From Cyclobacteriaceae bacterium (GTDB lineage Bacteria > Bacteroidota > Bacteroidia > Cytophagales > Cyclobacteriaceae), in assembly GCA_043777495.1 (NCBI GenBank), contig JAYWHU010000031.1, positions 368 through 64,367 on the forward strand: 64,000 nucleotides of DNA, written 5' to 3'. The notes under the pieces are model-generated. The model did not search any database, was not told where the DNA came from, and worked only from the letters and a program-made list of their open reading frames with translations. Shown one piece after another: positions 1 through 9,981 of this stretch (position 1 is the first letter of the stretch; every line of letters begins with the position of its first letter). Position numbers and translations under genes: made by a program.

Positions 1-2
1 AA

Positions 3-509
3 TCTATTACGGAATTTTCCCTTGAGGATCCTATAGATGAACATTCTTATCATTTTATAAATGTTCCATTACTGCTGAGGCTTGCACTGCTCGATTTATG
101 CATTCTGTTTAAGCACTACTCTAACACAACATCTGAAACAGAGCAAAATTTATTTGCTCGACTAATATGTGGGCAGCTCTATGAATTTACAGAAGACGTT
201 CCAAAACTTTTTGGAAAAAAGTACAGGAAATCGTTATCAGATCTTCCAGAAGCAGACAAGTTTACAAGTGAACTAAACTTGGTAATCAAAATCTTTATTG
301 AACGGAGTAATAAATATAAGGACACCTTAAAGACTATTCGTCACAACATTTCCCACCACAGGGACATTGATGGTGTTTTGCAAGTCAAACTTATCGAACA
401 ATTAGATTTTAAATTTGTCACTGACGCTTATATAGACTTAACTCAATGGTTTACAATTTATTTTGCAAAGCATGAGAACGAATTGTTTAAAATGGCTTCT
501 AAAACTTGA
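3..509 (+). CDS. 5'-partial hypothetical protein with HEPN-like RxxxxH motif
   Basis: The frame of ORF 279-509 stays open back to position 3. It encodes IRHNISHHRD (R at 339) in a helical-looking protein. Confidence 0.55.
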   Translation, partial: SITEFSLEDPIDEHSYHFINVPLLLRLALLDLCILFKHYSNTTSETEQNLFARLICGQLYEFTEDVPKLFGKKYRKSLSDLPEADKFTSELNLVIKIFIERSNKYKDTLKTIRHNISHHRDIDGVLQVKLIEQLDFKFVTDAYIDLTQWFTIYFAKHENELFKMASKT

Positions 510-647
510 GAGGTGAATAATCAAAAATTAAATCAGATTCCTAACTTTTAAATTGGTTGAGAATTCAAGAACAGGATGACGATGAAAAATAAAATCGTGG
601 GGAAACGCGTTTCAAATACGCTCCAATGAAGGTGGCCAAGCCGCCCG

Positions 648-1433
648 CTAAACTTGATTTTCTTTCAACGTGGTAAAAACCTGTTCATAATCCTTTTGAT
701 TAGTACCCATCCATCTGTCCCAGATGTTGAAGTATAGCCCGTAGTTGCCTTGTGATTTTTCATGGTGCAGGTTGTGATGGGTGGATGTATTAACCCATTT
801 GAAGAATGGGTGCTTGATAGAGCCAATTGGAAATATTTCAAAACCTAAGTGGCCGATCACATTCCAAACGATCATCCAAATGCTCCAAGAAAGAATAACC
901 AACGGGTGCATTGGAATAATGCAAATAGCTATAAGCAACACCGCAAATTCTATGACGGCTTCAAGCGGATGAAAAGCAAATGCAGCCCAAGGTGTGGGGT
1001 TATAAGAGAGATGATGTACTTTATGAAAGTGCTTAAACATTTTTGGATGGTGCATCAATCGATGCGTCCAATAAAAATAGGCATCGTGAAATAAGATCAT
1101 CAATACTAATGATAAAACTAAATAGGCATATCCATATTTCTCGATATCGCGATACATTAGCGTCCATCCATTTGCGTTCATCCAGAAAATCGCTAAAGCA
1201 AAAAGGCCGAAGATTGTACCGGAGAGAAGAGAATACATTAACTCAGTACGCACTTGCGACTTAGCTGGAAAATGTTTCTGGATTTTGAATTGAAGCAGTG
1301 ATCTTTTCTTCCAAACATAAAAAATCATGTAAGCCAACCCAGCAAAAAATAAATAGCGAAGAAAAATAAGTGAAGTGCTTATCAACCAAGTGATAAGCAC
1401 TCCAAATTTTTGAAGAAGAGGTCCAAAAAGCAT
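648..1433 (-). CDS. sterol desaturase / fatty acid hydroxylase family membrane protein
   Basis: His boxes HDAYFYWTHRLMH, HKVHH and HHNLHH plus TM segments. ATG at 1433 lies just after the upstream stop (1435-1437). Confidence 0.88.
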   Translation of the reverse strand: MLFGPLLQKFGVLITWLISTSLIFLRYLFFAGLAYMIFYVWKKRSLLQFKIQKHFPAKSQVRTELMYSLLSGTIFGLFALAIFWMNANGWTLMYRDIEKYGYAYLVLSLVLMILFHDAYFYWTHRLMHHPKMFKHFHKVHHLSYNPTPWAAFAFHPLEAVIEFAVLLIAICIIPMHPLVILSWSIWMIVWNVIGHLGFEIFPIGSIKHPFFKWVNTSTHHNLHHEKSQGNYGLYFNIWDRWMGTNQKDYEQVFTTLKENQV

Positions 1434-1434
1434 C

Positions 1435-2262
1435 TTAAGGAAGGGTCTTAACAATTGTCTTGCCCAAAACAGTAATAGTTATGCTTTTATCGCATGCACC
1501 TGTTCCCCAATCAACTGTATAAACTAAATTTCCCTCAGTGATTTTATAGATGCCTGATGAGGGGTAAAGATTTCCAGTACTTGTGCAGCTACCTTTGAAT
1601 GTAATAGGTGAAGTAATTTCGATTGTAGTTGTCGTTCCGCTTGAACCTGTTTGTGTAGAAGTGCCAGTAATAGTAGTTATATCATCTGATACATCTTGCA
1701 CAGAAGCACCTAAGTTTACATTATAGGTGCGCTGTAAATTTGTAATGGAATACGTGCGGCCATCGTTCAACACCACCTGCAATCCTGCAATACTAACCGA
1801 AAAACTAAAAACCGTAGCCGTAGAGCGAACAAAACCCGATTCGGAAATAGTACCATTCACTACATTATTATTAACACTGTAGTTGGTAAATGTGATAGAG
1901 CGAGTAGGTGAAGTTTGAGGAGCAGTGCCCACATATACAATAGCAATCTTGCCTTTACGTGTACGGCCTTCTACACCTACACAGCCTGCCGTTCCAAAAT
2001 CAATCGTCAAGATTTTTGCAGTGGCATCGTTGGTGACAGTGGCGCATCCTTGGATTCTGCCATTCGAAATTCCATCAACAGAACCATCCAAACCATCGTT
2101 GGATACGCTGATGGCATCCTGAATTACATTTTCTGATTCAGATGCTTTTTCACCGTTAGTGGTATCGGCCGTTTGCTCATCGCTCTTGCTGCATGATGAC
2201 ACAAAGAATAAACCAGCAACCATTGTTGTTGCCAAAATTTTAATTGAACTTTTAATTTTCAT
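1435..2262 (-). CDS. lipoprotein, Ser/Thr-rich beta-structured, function unknown
   Basis: Signal peptide ending in lipobox VSSC followed by SKSDE. Confidence 0.75.
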   Translation of the reverse strand: MKIKSSIKILATTMVAGLFFVSSCSKSDEQTADTTNGEKASESENVIQDAISVSNDGLDGSVDGISNGRIQGCATVTNDATAKILTIDFGTAGCVGVEGRTRKGKIAIVYVGTAPQTSPTRSITFTNYSVNNNVVNGTISESGFVRSTATVFSFSVSIAGLQVVLNDGRTYSITNLQRTYNVNLGASVQDVSDDITTITGTSTQTGSSGTTTTIEITSPITFKGSCTSTGNLYPSSGIYKITEGNLVYTVDWGTGACDKSITITVLGKTIVKTLP

Positions 2263-2480
2263 AGTTTAGTTTTATTTGTTTGTCGCTTCGATGGCCAAGT
2301 TCGCTACTGGTTTAATTACCACTTTACTTATTCAACCAAATGCAACCTTATACTACTGATCTGTTAATTTTCACACATGACTCGTTTAGCGCATTTCATA
2401 GAAGAAAATGAACTATTGGTTTAAAGAAATTCATTCAAGCCTTGTTCTTATTTAGTATTGCGCTCATTAACCCAAATCAA

Positions 2481-3170
2481 ATGAAAAAACTATACCTATT
2501 TTGTTTATTGATTCTCATCTATTCTACTTCTATAGCTCAACACTCTATTAAGGTAGGAACTCAGATACCTATTCAATATGCGGTGCAGTACGATTATCAA
2601 TTTCATCCACGATGGTCTGGCAATGTGCAAGTGGGTGTTCTTACCAAACCGTATGACCAAGCAATCTTAAGCATACTGAAATCACTTGGGGTAGGCCAAG
2701 AAATTGTAAACGTGTTAACCAGTGCATTCAATTTTGGACTCATTACTCAGGCGGGAGTGAACTATCACTTCAAAAAGAATTATGTGGGCGTTACTGGTTC
2801 ATGGATTCACTTGCAAGCAGCCGATACTCCAGTAAGTGCAATAGAGGCTGCATTCAATGTAAGCATTGCATCTTATCCGCAAAGACCAAGGCAAAGCGCT
2901 AAGACACCGGTTAGCCTTACACTGTCTTCTGATTTATACAATGCAGGCATTCTCTACGGCCGTAGATTCACCTTTAAAAATCCGAAAATTGAATTGCACA
3001 CTGAGTTTAGTTTTGCAAAAACGCTTGGCTCCGCTAGCTATATTGATTCTCCTCAGAAATCATTAGAGTCGCTGAGCATGGTTGTAGATAACGAATTAAA
3101 AACTGATTACCTCGATTATGGTTATCTTCCCAGTATTAATGTATTTTTCGTTTATAAATTTGGAGGTTAA
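2481..3170 (+). CDS. putative outer-membrane beta-barrel protein
   Basis: MKKLYLF signal peptide from ATG 2481, amphipathic beta strands, C-terminal FVYKF. Confidence 0.6.
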   Translation: MKKLYLFCLLILIYSTSIAQHSIKVGTQIPIQYAVQYDYQFHPRWSGNVQVGVLTKPYDQAILSILKSLGVGQEIVNVLTSAFNFGLITQAGVNYHFKKNYVGVTGSWIHLQAADTPVSAIEAAFNVSIASYPQRPRQSAKTPVSLTLSSDLYNAGILYGRRFTFKNPKIELHTEFSFAKTLGSASYIDSPQKSLESLSMVVDNELKTDYLDYGYLPSINVFFVYKFGG

Positions 3171-3179
3171 CTCATTCTT

Positions 3180-4229
3180 TTGGAAGTAATCGATTTTTTT
3201 GCGGGTGGACTTCGGGAGATCAGGAAGAAGCGGCTGGTTTTTATAATCAATGCATTGGCTTGGCTATTGGTGTTTGGCATTACGGCCCTTCTGCTATCAA
3301 CTCTGTTGCCCGGGTGGCACTCGCCTATCTTTTCATTGTTTCACATTTCTCTTTTAGCGATCAGCTATTATTTGAATATCTACTTAGTCGATCGATTTAT
3401 AGAAAAGAAGAAATACGGTGTCTATTTAACCTTGTTTGTAATTTTGCTGGTGGCCATCTCCTTTGCACGAATTTCATTTAACCTCCACTATTTCAAGGAT
3501 ACTTCTATTCTGAAAATTCCAATAAAGGAAAATTGGGCCTATATTTTCTCGGTGTTCTCTACTCTTATGGTATTGATACTGAGTTTCTTTTATGGATTGC
3601 TCATCAATCGATCGAAAAAAGAAAAAGAATACAAAGAGATAATAAATAAACAGCAGGAGGCTCAGCTTCAGTTTTTAAAAGCTCAAATGAATCCTCATTT
3701 TTTGTTTAATACACTCAATAATATCTATTCTTTAACTATTGAGAAAGCCCCAAAGGCATCTGAAATGTTGTTGCTACTTTCTGATCTGCTTCGCTATGCC
3801 GTATATGAAAGCAAAAAAGACAAAGTGAAAATTGAAAGTGAAATAAAGCAGATTGAAAAACTGATTCAGCTTTTTCAATTAAAAAGTGAAAAAACTCTTT
3901 CAATATCGTTTGATTCGGTTTGCTCGCAATCGAATGTTTTTATTGAGCCCATGATTTTGATTCCATTAGTGGAAAACTGTTTCAAACATTGCAATTTTGA
4001 TGGCTTGGAAAACGCGTATGTTTCCATTCGGCTTTCAACAGAAGAGCATAAGCTAGAATTTGAAACCATCAATACAAAAGATCATTGGGAAAAATCAAAA
4101 GATGGAGTGGGTGGAGTAGGTTTAGAAAACATTCGGCAGCGGTTGGGGATTTTGTACCCAAAAAGACATACGCTCAGTATTAAGGATGGAACAACATTGT
4201 TTAATTTAAAATTGACGATCACTAATTGA
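3180..4229 (+). CDS. LytS/YehU-family sensor histidine kinase
   Basis: Four TM segments, LKAQMNPHFLFNTLNNI H-box, PLVENCFKH N-box, GVGLENIRQRL. Confidence 0.92.
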   Translation: MEVIDFFAGGLREIRKKRLVFIINALAWLLVFGITALLLSTLLPGWHSPIFSLFHISLLAISYYLNIYLVDRFIEKKKYGVYLTLFVILLVAISFARISFNLHYFKDTSILKIPIKENWAYIFSVFSTLMVLILSFFYGLLINRSKKEKEYKEIINKQQEAQLQFLKAQMNPHFLFNTLNNIYSLTIEKAPKASEMLLLLSDLLRYAVYESKKDKVKIESEIKQIEKLIQLFQLKSEKTLSISFDSVCSQSNVFIEPMILIPLVENCFKHCNFDGLENAYVSIRLSTEEHKLEFETINTKDHWEKSKDGVGGVGLENIRQRLGILYPKRHTLSIKDGTTLFNLKLTITN

Positions 4230-4240
4230 TATTTTTAACC

Positions 4241-4960
4241 ATGAACAAAATAAAAACTCTATTAGTAGATGACGAATATTTGGCACTGAACCTGCTGGAA
4301 GGATTTGTTGCACAGTTGACTATGCTCGAGATGGTGGGTAAAGTAAAATCACCCGTGCAGGCAATGGAGATCATTCAAAAAGAAAAAATTGAATTGCTTT
4401 TCTTAGATATTCAAATGCCCACCATCAACGGTAATCAATTCTTGCGATCTCTCAAAAACCCTCCAGCTACCATTTTCACCACAGCTTATTCAGAATATGC
4501 TGTGGACGCTTTTGATTTAGGCGCGGTGGATTATTTAGTAAAACCCTTTTCTTTCGATCGCTTCTTTCAGGCCACTCAAAAAGCCTTAGAGTCAATTTAT
4601 TATAAAAAAGGTGAAGATACTGTCTCCATTACTGCAAAGGCATTGCCTGATCAATCTATTTCTATTAAGGCGGATGGAAAAATCTATAAAATCGCGTTAA
4701 GCGAAATACTTTATATTGAGGGATTGAAAGAATATGTAAAAATTGTAACCGAGCCAAAGACTTACATTACGTTAGAGACTTTCAAAAATCTGGAGATGAT
4801 TCTACCCTCTCCAAAATTTTTGCGTGTCCACAAATCATTTATGGTAGCCAAAGAGAAAGTGCGCTCTATGGATGGTAATTTGTTGGAAGTGGGTAAGGCT
4901 ACCATTCCCATCAGTCGCGAGCGGAAAGAAGAGCTGGTTCAACTGATCTTTGGTAGGTGA
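4241..4960 (+). CDS. LytR/AlgR-family response regulator (REC + LytTR)
   Basis: VDDE, FLDIQMP, DYLVKPF, FLRVHKSF. Confidence 0.93.
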   Translation: MNKIKTLLVDDEYLALNLLEGFVAQLTMLEMVGKVKSPVQAMEIIQKEKIELLFLDIQMPTINGNQFLRSLKNPPATIFTTAYSEYAVDAFDLGAVDYLVKPFSFDRFFQATQKALESIYYKKGEDTVSITAKALPDQSISIKADGKIYKIALSEILYIEGLKEYVKIVTEPKTYITLETFKNLEMILPSPKFLRVHKSFMVAKEKVRSMDGNLLEVGKATIPISRERKEELVQLIFGR

Positions 4961-5029
4961 GCCCGATTTAGTTTCTTATGAACTTTTGCTCCGGTTTATT
5001 GTTTGAACTCAGTACAAACTAAACTATTC

Positions 5030-5764
5030 ATGACACAAAAAAAAGCACTAGTAACGGGAGCCAACAAAGGCCTGGGGTTGGAAATGGCGAAACAGCTCGC
5101 ACAACAAGGAGTTCACGTAACCATCACTTCTCGTGATAAAGGTCGAGGTGAAGCGGCTGTGAGTCAATTGAAAAAAGAAGGTATCGATGTGGAAATGAAA
5201 TTGTTGGATGTTTCCTTTGCCAAGGACGTTGAAAGTTTTGTAAAAGAATTTACAACAAATAATTCAAGCCTAGATATTTTGATCAACAATGCAGGCATAG
5301 AAATAGAAGGTGGATTTGGCGGCAATACCGTGACGAGCATCTCAAGAGCAATAGTAGAAACAACGTTTGCCACCAATTTTTTCGGATTAGTGCAACTCAC
5401 ACAAGGGCTTCTCCCCCTCATTCAAAAAAGCAGTGCAGGTAGAATCGTCAACCTTTCCAGTATTATGGGCTCACTTACCATCCATGCTATCAAGGGTGGT
5501 GACTTGTGGAACGTAAAACCATTTGCTTATGATGCATCGAAAACAGCACTAAACCAATTCACTATCCACTTAGCGCAGTACTTAAATGGCACAAGTGCGA
5601 GCGTTGTCTCTGCTCACCCTGGGTGGGTAAAAACTGACTTAGGTTCTGAGTACGCACCGATGGATGTGGCACAAGGCGCTAAAACAGGTGTTGATCTTGC
5701 TCTGGCAAAAGACACTTCTTATAATGGGAAGTATATTCACATGGGGCAAGAGTTGCCATGGTAA
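5030..5764 (+). CDS. SDR family oxidoreductase (carbonyl reductase-like)
   Basis: TGANKGLG, NNAG, YDASK, HPGWVKTD. Confidence 0.92.
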   Translation: MTQKKALVTGANKGLGLEMAKQLAQQGVHVTITSRDKGRGEAAVSQLKKEGIDVEMKLLDVSFAKDVESFVKEFTTNNSSLDILINNAGIEIEGGFGGNTVTSISRAIVETTFATNFFGLVQLTQGLLPLIQKSSAGRIVNLSSIMGSLTIHAIKGGDLWNVKPFAYDASKTALNQFTIHLAQYLNGTSASVVSAHPGWVKTDLGSEYAPMDVAQGAKTGVDLALAKDTSYNGKYIHMGQELPW

Positions 5765-5773
5765 AAAGTGATA

Positions 5774-5802
5774 GGTTTCCAATATTTTTATTATTGGAAA
5801 CC
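5774..5802 (+). terminator. hairpin downstream of the SDR gene
   Basis: Perfect 11-bp stem ggtttccaata/tattggaaacc with a 7-nt loop, 10 bp after the stop. No strong U-tract. Confidence 0.45.
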
Positions 5803-6132
5803 CATTCTCTTAATAGTTCAAAGGCCTCGGCATTTGTGATGGCCAGCCGGAACTAACCCGAAGCAAATAATGACAAGGCAAGGTTCGGTATGGTCGCTAA
5901 GGTTTTGAGATTATTTCTAATTGCTCTTCTGTAATAATTGAGTTGAAATTTAATGATTTAAAAAATGGAGGTTTCATTTTAGAAGGGTAGGTACAATTTC
6001 TTGTTTTGTAAATGAAACACCCTCACTATTAATTTGTTCATTTCAATCGTCATTCACATACAAATAGACAGTACAGTTCTACGAATAGAACCATACTGCT
6101 CACGTTTGTTACTCTAGCATAATTTTTCTAAA

Positions 6133-7074
6133 TCACAATTTCCTTAGCTCTGTAACAAGACGAATTTTTTTACTCTGCGATTCTGAAATATACAGAATGC
6201 TTTTGATAGGGTCTGCCACAATTCCGTTAGGTCCAGCAAAGGTCGACTCGTTCAATTTTCCATCGGTAGACCCCGCCTCTCCAGTTCCCGTCAAAACACT
6301 TACTTGGCCTGAAAGGGTAATTTTATAAACTCTGTTGGCAAACAAACCCGTTGCAAAAATGGAATTGTTAAAAATGGTGAGGTAACTTGTAATGGGTGTA
6401 TAGGACGCACCAAGACTACCAAGATCAGCAAAAGCGGTTGCTACGCCTTGAGGAGTAACTTTGAAAATGACTCCATTTACATAGTTGGCAACATACAAAT
6501 TATTAGCAGCATCTATCGTCATACCCGACAAAGCAAATCCACCCAATGAGGCAAGATCGACTAATGTAGACTTCGCTCCCGCTGGTGTGAACTTATAAAT
6601 CTTAGAGCCAACTGCATTGCCTATACCTGCCACACTCACAAACAGATTACCATTTTTATCACTCGCTACTTGTATAGGCCCTTCTAGCCCTTCCGCAAAA
6701 ACTTGCTTCGTTCCGTTCGCACCTACTTTTACTATTTTACCATCATTGAATGTGCATACAAAAAAGTTTCCTGCGTTATCAAAGCAGTGACCCGCTGGCC
6801 CCCCGAGGCCATCTACAAAAACAGACCGTTCACCTTGAGGTGTAATCTTATAGACAGTTGTCCCATTTCCATTCGTTGGGTCATCGCTAGTGCCTATATA
6901 ATTAGAAGCATAGACATTGCCCTTGGCATCAGTTGATAACGCATCACTGGTTATCTGCTCACCAGATATAGCCAAGGTCTTAACCATCGGCTCTGCTTGA
7001 AAGGGATTTTTATCGCAATTCTGCAGAAGCGATAATGTCATAAATGCGGCAACAAAAAGTAGGAGTTTTTTCAT
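6133..7074 (-). CDS. lipoprotein with NHL / SMP-30-like beta-propeller repeats
   Basis: MKKLLLF...LLQNC lipobox from ATG 7074, repeated GP.G...D..GN.(F/Y)V units, GEAGSTDG..FAGPNGI. Confidence 0.8.
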   Translation of the reverse strand: MKKLLLFVAAFMTLSLLQNCDKNPFQAEPMVKTLAISGEQITSDALSTDAKGNVYASNYIGTSDDPTNGNGTTVYKITPQGERSVFVDGLGGPAGHCFDNAGNFFVCTFNDGKIVKVGANGTKQVFAEGLEGPIQVASDKNGNLFVSVAGIGNAVGSKIYKFTPAGAKSTLVDLASLGGFALSGMTIDAANNLYVANYVNGVIFKVTPQGVATAFADLGSLGASYTPITSYLTIFNNSIFATGLFANRVYKITLSGQVSVLTGTGEAGSTDGKLNESTFAGPNGIVADPIKSILYISESQSKKIRLVTELRKL

Positions 7075-7158
7075 AATTGTAAGATTTGGTTTTAAAATTT
7101 CTTGCAAAGAATGCCTAAGGAAGCACTGAAATCGCCCAAGGTTATAAAGTCGCACCAA

Positions 7159-8388
7159 TTAGTTGGTGCTTTTCGAGAAAGAAAGACCTTTTAGAAACTG
7201 TGAAGGTGTTTTGCCTGTCACTTTTTTGAACGAACTATTGAAAGTAGATTTAGAATTGAAGCCGCTTTCAAACGCAAGTGATAGCAAAGTATATATTCTG
7301 TTTGATGATTGCTTAGTTAAATGGATGAAATAATTGACGCGATATTCGTTCACATAATCGAAAAAATTCTTTTCAAACGTATCGTTAATCGCCTTAGACA
7401 AAATGTGAACGGTACAACCAAGCTTTGTCGCCAATAATGGAAGTGTAAGGTTAGGGTCTAAAAAGGGTCGATCGCTTTCCATCAATGATTTTAAACGATC
7501 TACGACATCCATTACTTGCGGATGTGTTAGTGAGGATAGCGTTTTTGCTGTACCATCATCTGATGGGTTAACTGCACTTTCTTGATTAATTACTGCATGT
7601 GATTCATGGTGACTAGTTAGCCGTTGATTGGTAAGCTGTAACTTTACTTTGAAATCCTGAGTAGTATTTTTCAATTTGATCCGAAAGAAATCTGGAATGG
7701 CAATGGCATTGTAGCCTGTCATATATACGCTGCCAGTAAGTAAAATCCATATACTATTGTACGAAAATAAAACCGAGCCCATGCTGCCGTTAAACTTTAG
7801 TAAGAGATAGCCAGTTGCCCATAAAAGAAGAGCAAATCCATTCAGCACAAAAAAGTATTTTAAAAAGTTGATAGTCGGCAGGTTTGAAATGATACCCTTT
7901 GCATCACTTATGTATTTCCTAAACAAACGATATGATGCCACTAAGTAAATTGAAATATGTATCCATCCCAACACTTCCGTTAGTTGGCCAATCGCTTGGT
8001 TCAGCCCAGTAGAAAGCAAAGCGAACATTTGTTCATCCGGCCGAAAAAGATATTGTGCCAGTAAGAGGACATGAAGAATAGCTGGTAGAAAGTGAGCAAC
8101 TATTCGAGTCGTCTTGGCTTCATCAATAAAAAAAATACTTCGTACGTAGCAAAATATCAATGGCCCATAGGTAAAAAGCATTAAATCTGATGCGATAGCT
8201 ACTTTCGGATGCTTAGCAAATAAATCGCTATCGTAAAATATCCTGCCGGCCAGACAAATTGAGATAGCGATTAGCAGAGCAGATAACCAAGAAATAGAGT
8301 ATCTATTTTGATTGATCCTTTGGATGGCTACGGCTAACAATAACCCTTGAAGAGATGCTGCACCTAGTATAATAATATACCAATTCAT
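7159..8388 (-). CDS. membrane-anchored AraC-family transcriptional regulator
   Basis: About seven N-terminal TM helices and a C-terminal AFESGFNSKSTFNSSFKKVTGKTPSQF. Confidence 0.9.
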   Translation of the reverse strand: MNWYIIILGAASLQGLLLAVAIQRINQNRYSISWLSALLIAISICLAGRIFYDSDLFAKHPKVAIASDLMLFTYGPLIFCYVRSIFFIDEAKTTRIVAHFLPAILHVLLLAQYLFRPDEQMFALLSTGLNQAIGQLTEVLGWIHISIYLVASYRLFRKYISDAKGIISNLPTINFLKYFFVLNGFALLLWATGYLLLKFNGSMGSVLFSYNSIWILLTGSVYMTGYNAIAIPDFFRIKLKNTTQDFKVKLQLTNQRLTSHHESHAVINQESAVNPSDDGTAKTLSSLTHPQVMDVVDRLKSLMESDRPFLDPNLTLPLLATKLGCTVHILSKAINDTFEKNFFDYVNEYRVNYFIHLTKQSSNRIYTLLSLAFESGFNSKSTFNSSFKKVTGKTPSQFLKGLSFSKSTN

Positions 8389-8525
8389 AAATTAATTACT
8401 TGTCAAAACTAAGCATCGCTTGCACAACAAAATAGTTTACTGGTTGGTTATTTTCTAAATCTTGAAATTCTTTAAAAAGATGTCCTTGTATAAAAAAGAA
8501 GGTTTTAAATGAATAATTATTCACT

Positions 8526-8533
8526 TATATTTG
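8526..8533 (+). promoter_or_regulatory. Bacteroidota -7 promoter box (TAnnTTTG) before the TetR gene
   Basis: TATATTTG, 4 nt before ATG 8538. Confidence 0.6.
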
Positions 8534-8537
8534 TGTC

Positions 8538-9113
8538 ATGCCACGCCCTAAAGACGACTCGAAGATTGAAGCGATTTACGAAGCCACTCTCAAGTTGGTG
8601 CTGGAAACAGGTTTCAATGGACTCAAAATGGCCGATGTAGCCAAAGAAGCCAAATTAGCAACGGGCACTCTGTATATATACTTCAAAAATAAAGAGGTGC
8701 TCATCAACGAGCTGTATTTTCACTTGAAGAAAAACAAGACCATGAAAATACTTGAAGTCTTTGATAGGAAAGATTCCTTCTCCGTTGCATTCAAAAAACT
8801 CTGGATGAATTACTTCACTATTAGTTTAGGCGAACCCGAACGCATGAAGTTTATCGAACAGTTTACGCACACAAGCTATCTCACCAAAAAAACTAAACAA
8901 CAGGGCGATCAATTACTTAACCCTTTAGAAGATTTTTTGATTGGAGGGATCAAGCAAGGCCTGGTAAAGAAGCTACCCGTGCAACTGCTTCTCAGCCAAT
9001 TGATGGGGCCCATCAACGAAAGTGTAAAACTGCATTATGATGAGACGTTAAAGATCACCCCATCCTTGAAAGAAGAATTATTCCGCATGGCATGGAACAG
9101 TATTAAAGCCTGA
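8538..9113 (+). CDS. TetR/AcrR-family regulator
   Basis: N-terminal HTH: GFNGLKMADVAKEAKLATGTLYIYFKNKE. Confidence 0.93.
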   Translation: MPRPKDDSKIEAIYEATLKLVLETGFNGLKMADVAKEAKLATGTLYIYFKNKEVLINELYFHLKKNKTMKILEVFDRKDSFSVAFKKLWMNYFTISLGEPERMKFIEQFTHTSYLTKKTKQQGDQLLNPLEDFLIGGIKQGLVKKLPVQLLLSQLMGPINESVKLHYDETLKITPSLKEELFRMAWNSIKA

Positions 9114-9164
9114 AAATTTTTTAGCCAATAAATGAATCGAAATTCACCTATTAAAATCACACTT

Positions 9165-9977
9165 ATGAAAACAGTCGTCATTACAGGAAGTTCATCGGGC
9201 ATTGGCAAGGCCGCTGCCGTTTATTTTTCTCAACAAGGTTGGAACGTGGCCGCCACCATGCGCTCGCCAGAGAAAGAGACTGAGTTGAATAAATTGCCCA
9301 ATATAAAACTCTATGCCTTGGATGTTACTAATACCAGCAGCATTGAGCAGGCATTAAAAAAAATTCAAACCGACTTTTCTAAAATCGATGTGGTTGTAAA
9401 CAATGCAGGCTTTGGTGCCGATGGTGTATTTGAATCGATGACTGATGAATTTATAGAAAAACAATTTGATACCAATGTATTTGGATTGATGCGCGTAACA
9501 CGTGAAGCCGTTAAGATTATGCGCACTCAAAAGGAAGGAACGATTGTGCAAATTGCCAGCGTAGGTGGAAGAGTAGCCTTTCCTCTTTACAGTATTTATC
9601 ACGGAACAAAATGGGCGGTAGAAGGATTTACAGAATCTCTTCAATATGAAGTTGCTCCCTTCAACATCAAACTAAAATTGATTGAACCTGGTGCTATTAA
9701 AACAGAATTTTACGGAAGAAGCCGCGCGTTTATGAAACCTGATTACACCAGCGACTACGATGCGTTTGCAAAAAAATGTGAAGCCGTGAGCATGGATGCT
9801 GGCGACAAGGGAGCATCTTCTGAATCTGTTGCGAAAGTTATTTTCAAGGCGGCCAATGATTCATCCACAAAAATGCGCTACCCCATTGCCTATCCTGCCA
9901 ATGTCTTGTTGCCTCTGAGGCGATTAATGCCAGAGCGTTTATTTTTCTGGATGGTGAGGCAGACGTATAAAATATAA
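9165..9977 (+). CDS. SDR family oxidoreductase
   Basis: TGSSSGIG, NNAG, YHGTK. Confidence 0.92.
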   Translation: MKTVVITGSSSGIGKAAAVYFSQQGWNVAATMRSPEKETELNKLPNIKLYALDVTNTSSIEQALKKIQTDFSKIDVVVNNAGFGADGVFESMTDEFIEKQFDTNVFGLMRVTREAVKIMRTQKEGTIVQIASVGGRVAFPLYSIYHGTKWAVEGFTESLQYEVAPFNIKLKLIEPGAIKTEFYGRSRAFMKPDYTSDYDAFAKKCEAVSMDAGDKGASSESVAKVIFKAANDSSTKMRYPIAYPANVLLPLRRLMPERLFFWMVRQTYKI

Positions 9978-9981
9978 GGCT

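Noticed and set aside
2263-2480. LytTR direct-repeat binding site
   Set aside because: ATGAACT appears here and at 4978, but I found no correctly spaced (about 21-bp period) repeat pair.
5800-6130. Gene remnant or attC-like cassette site between the SDR and NHL genes
   Set aside because: Only short interrupted frames are present, the RYYYAAC/GTTRRRY boxes do not match properly, and there is no integrase.
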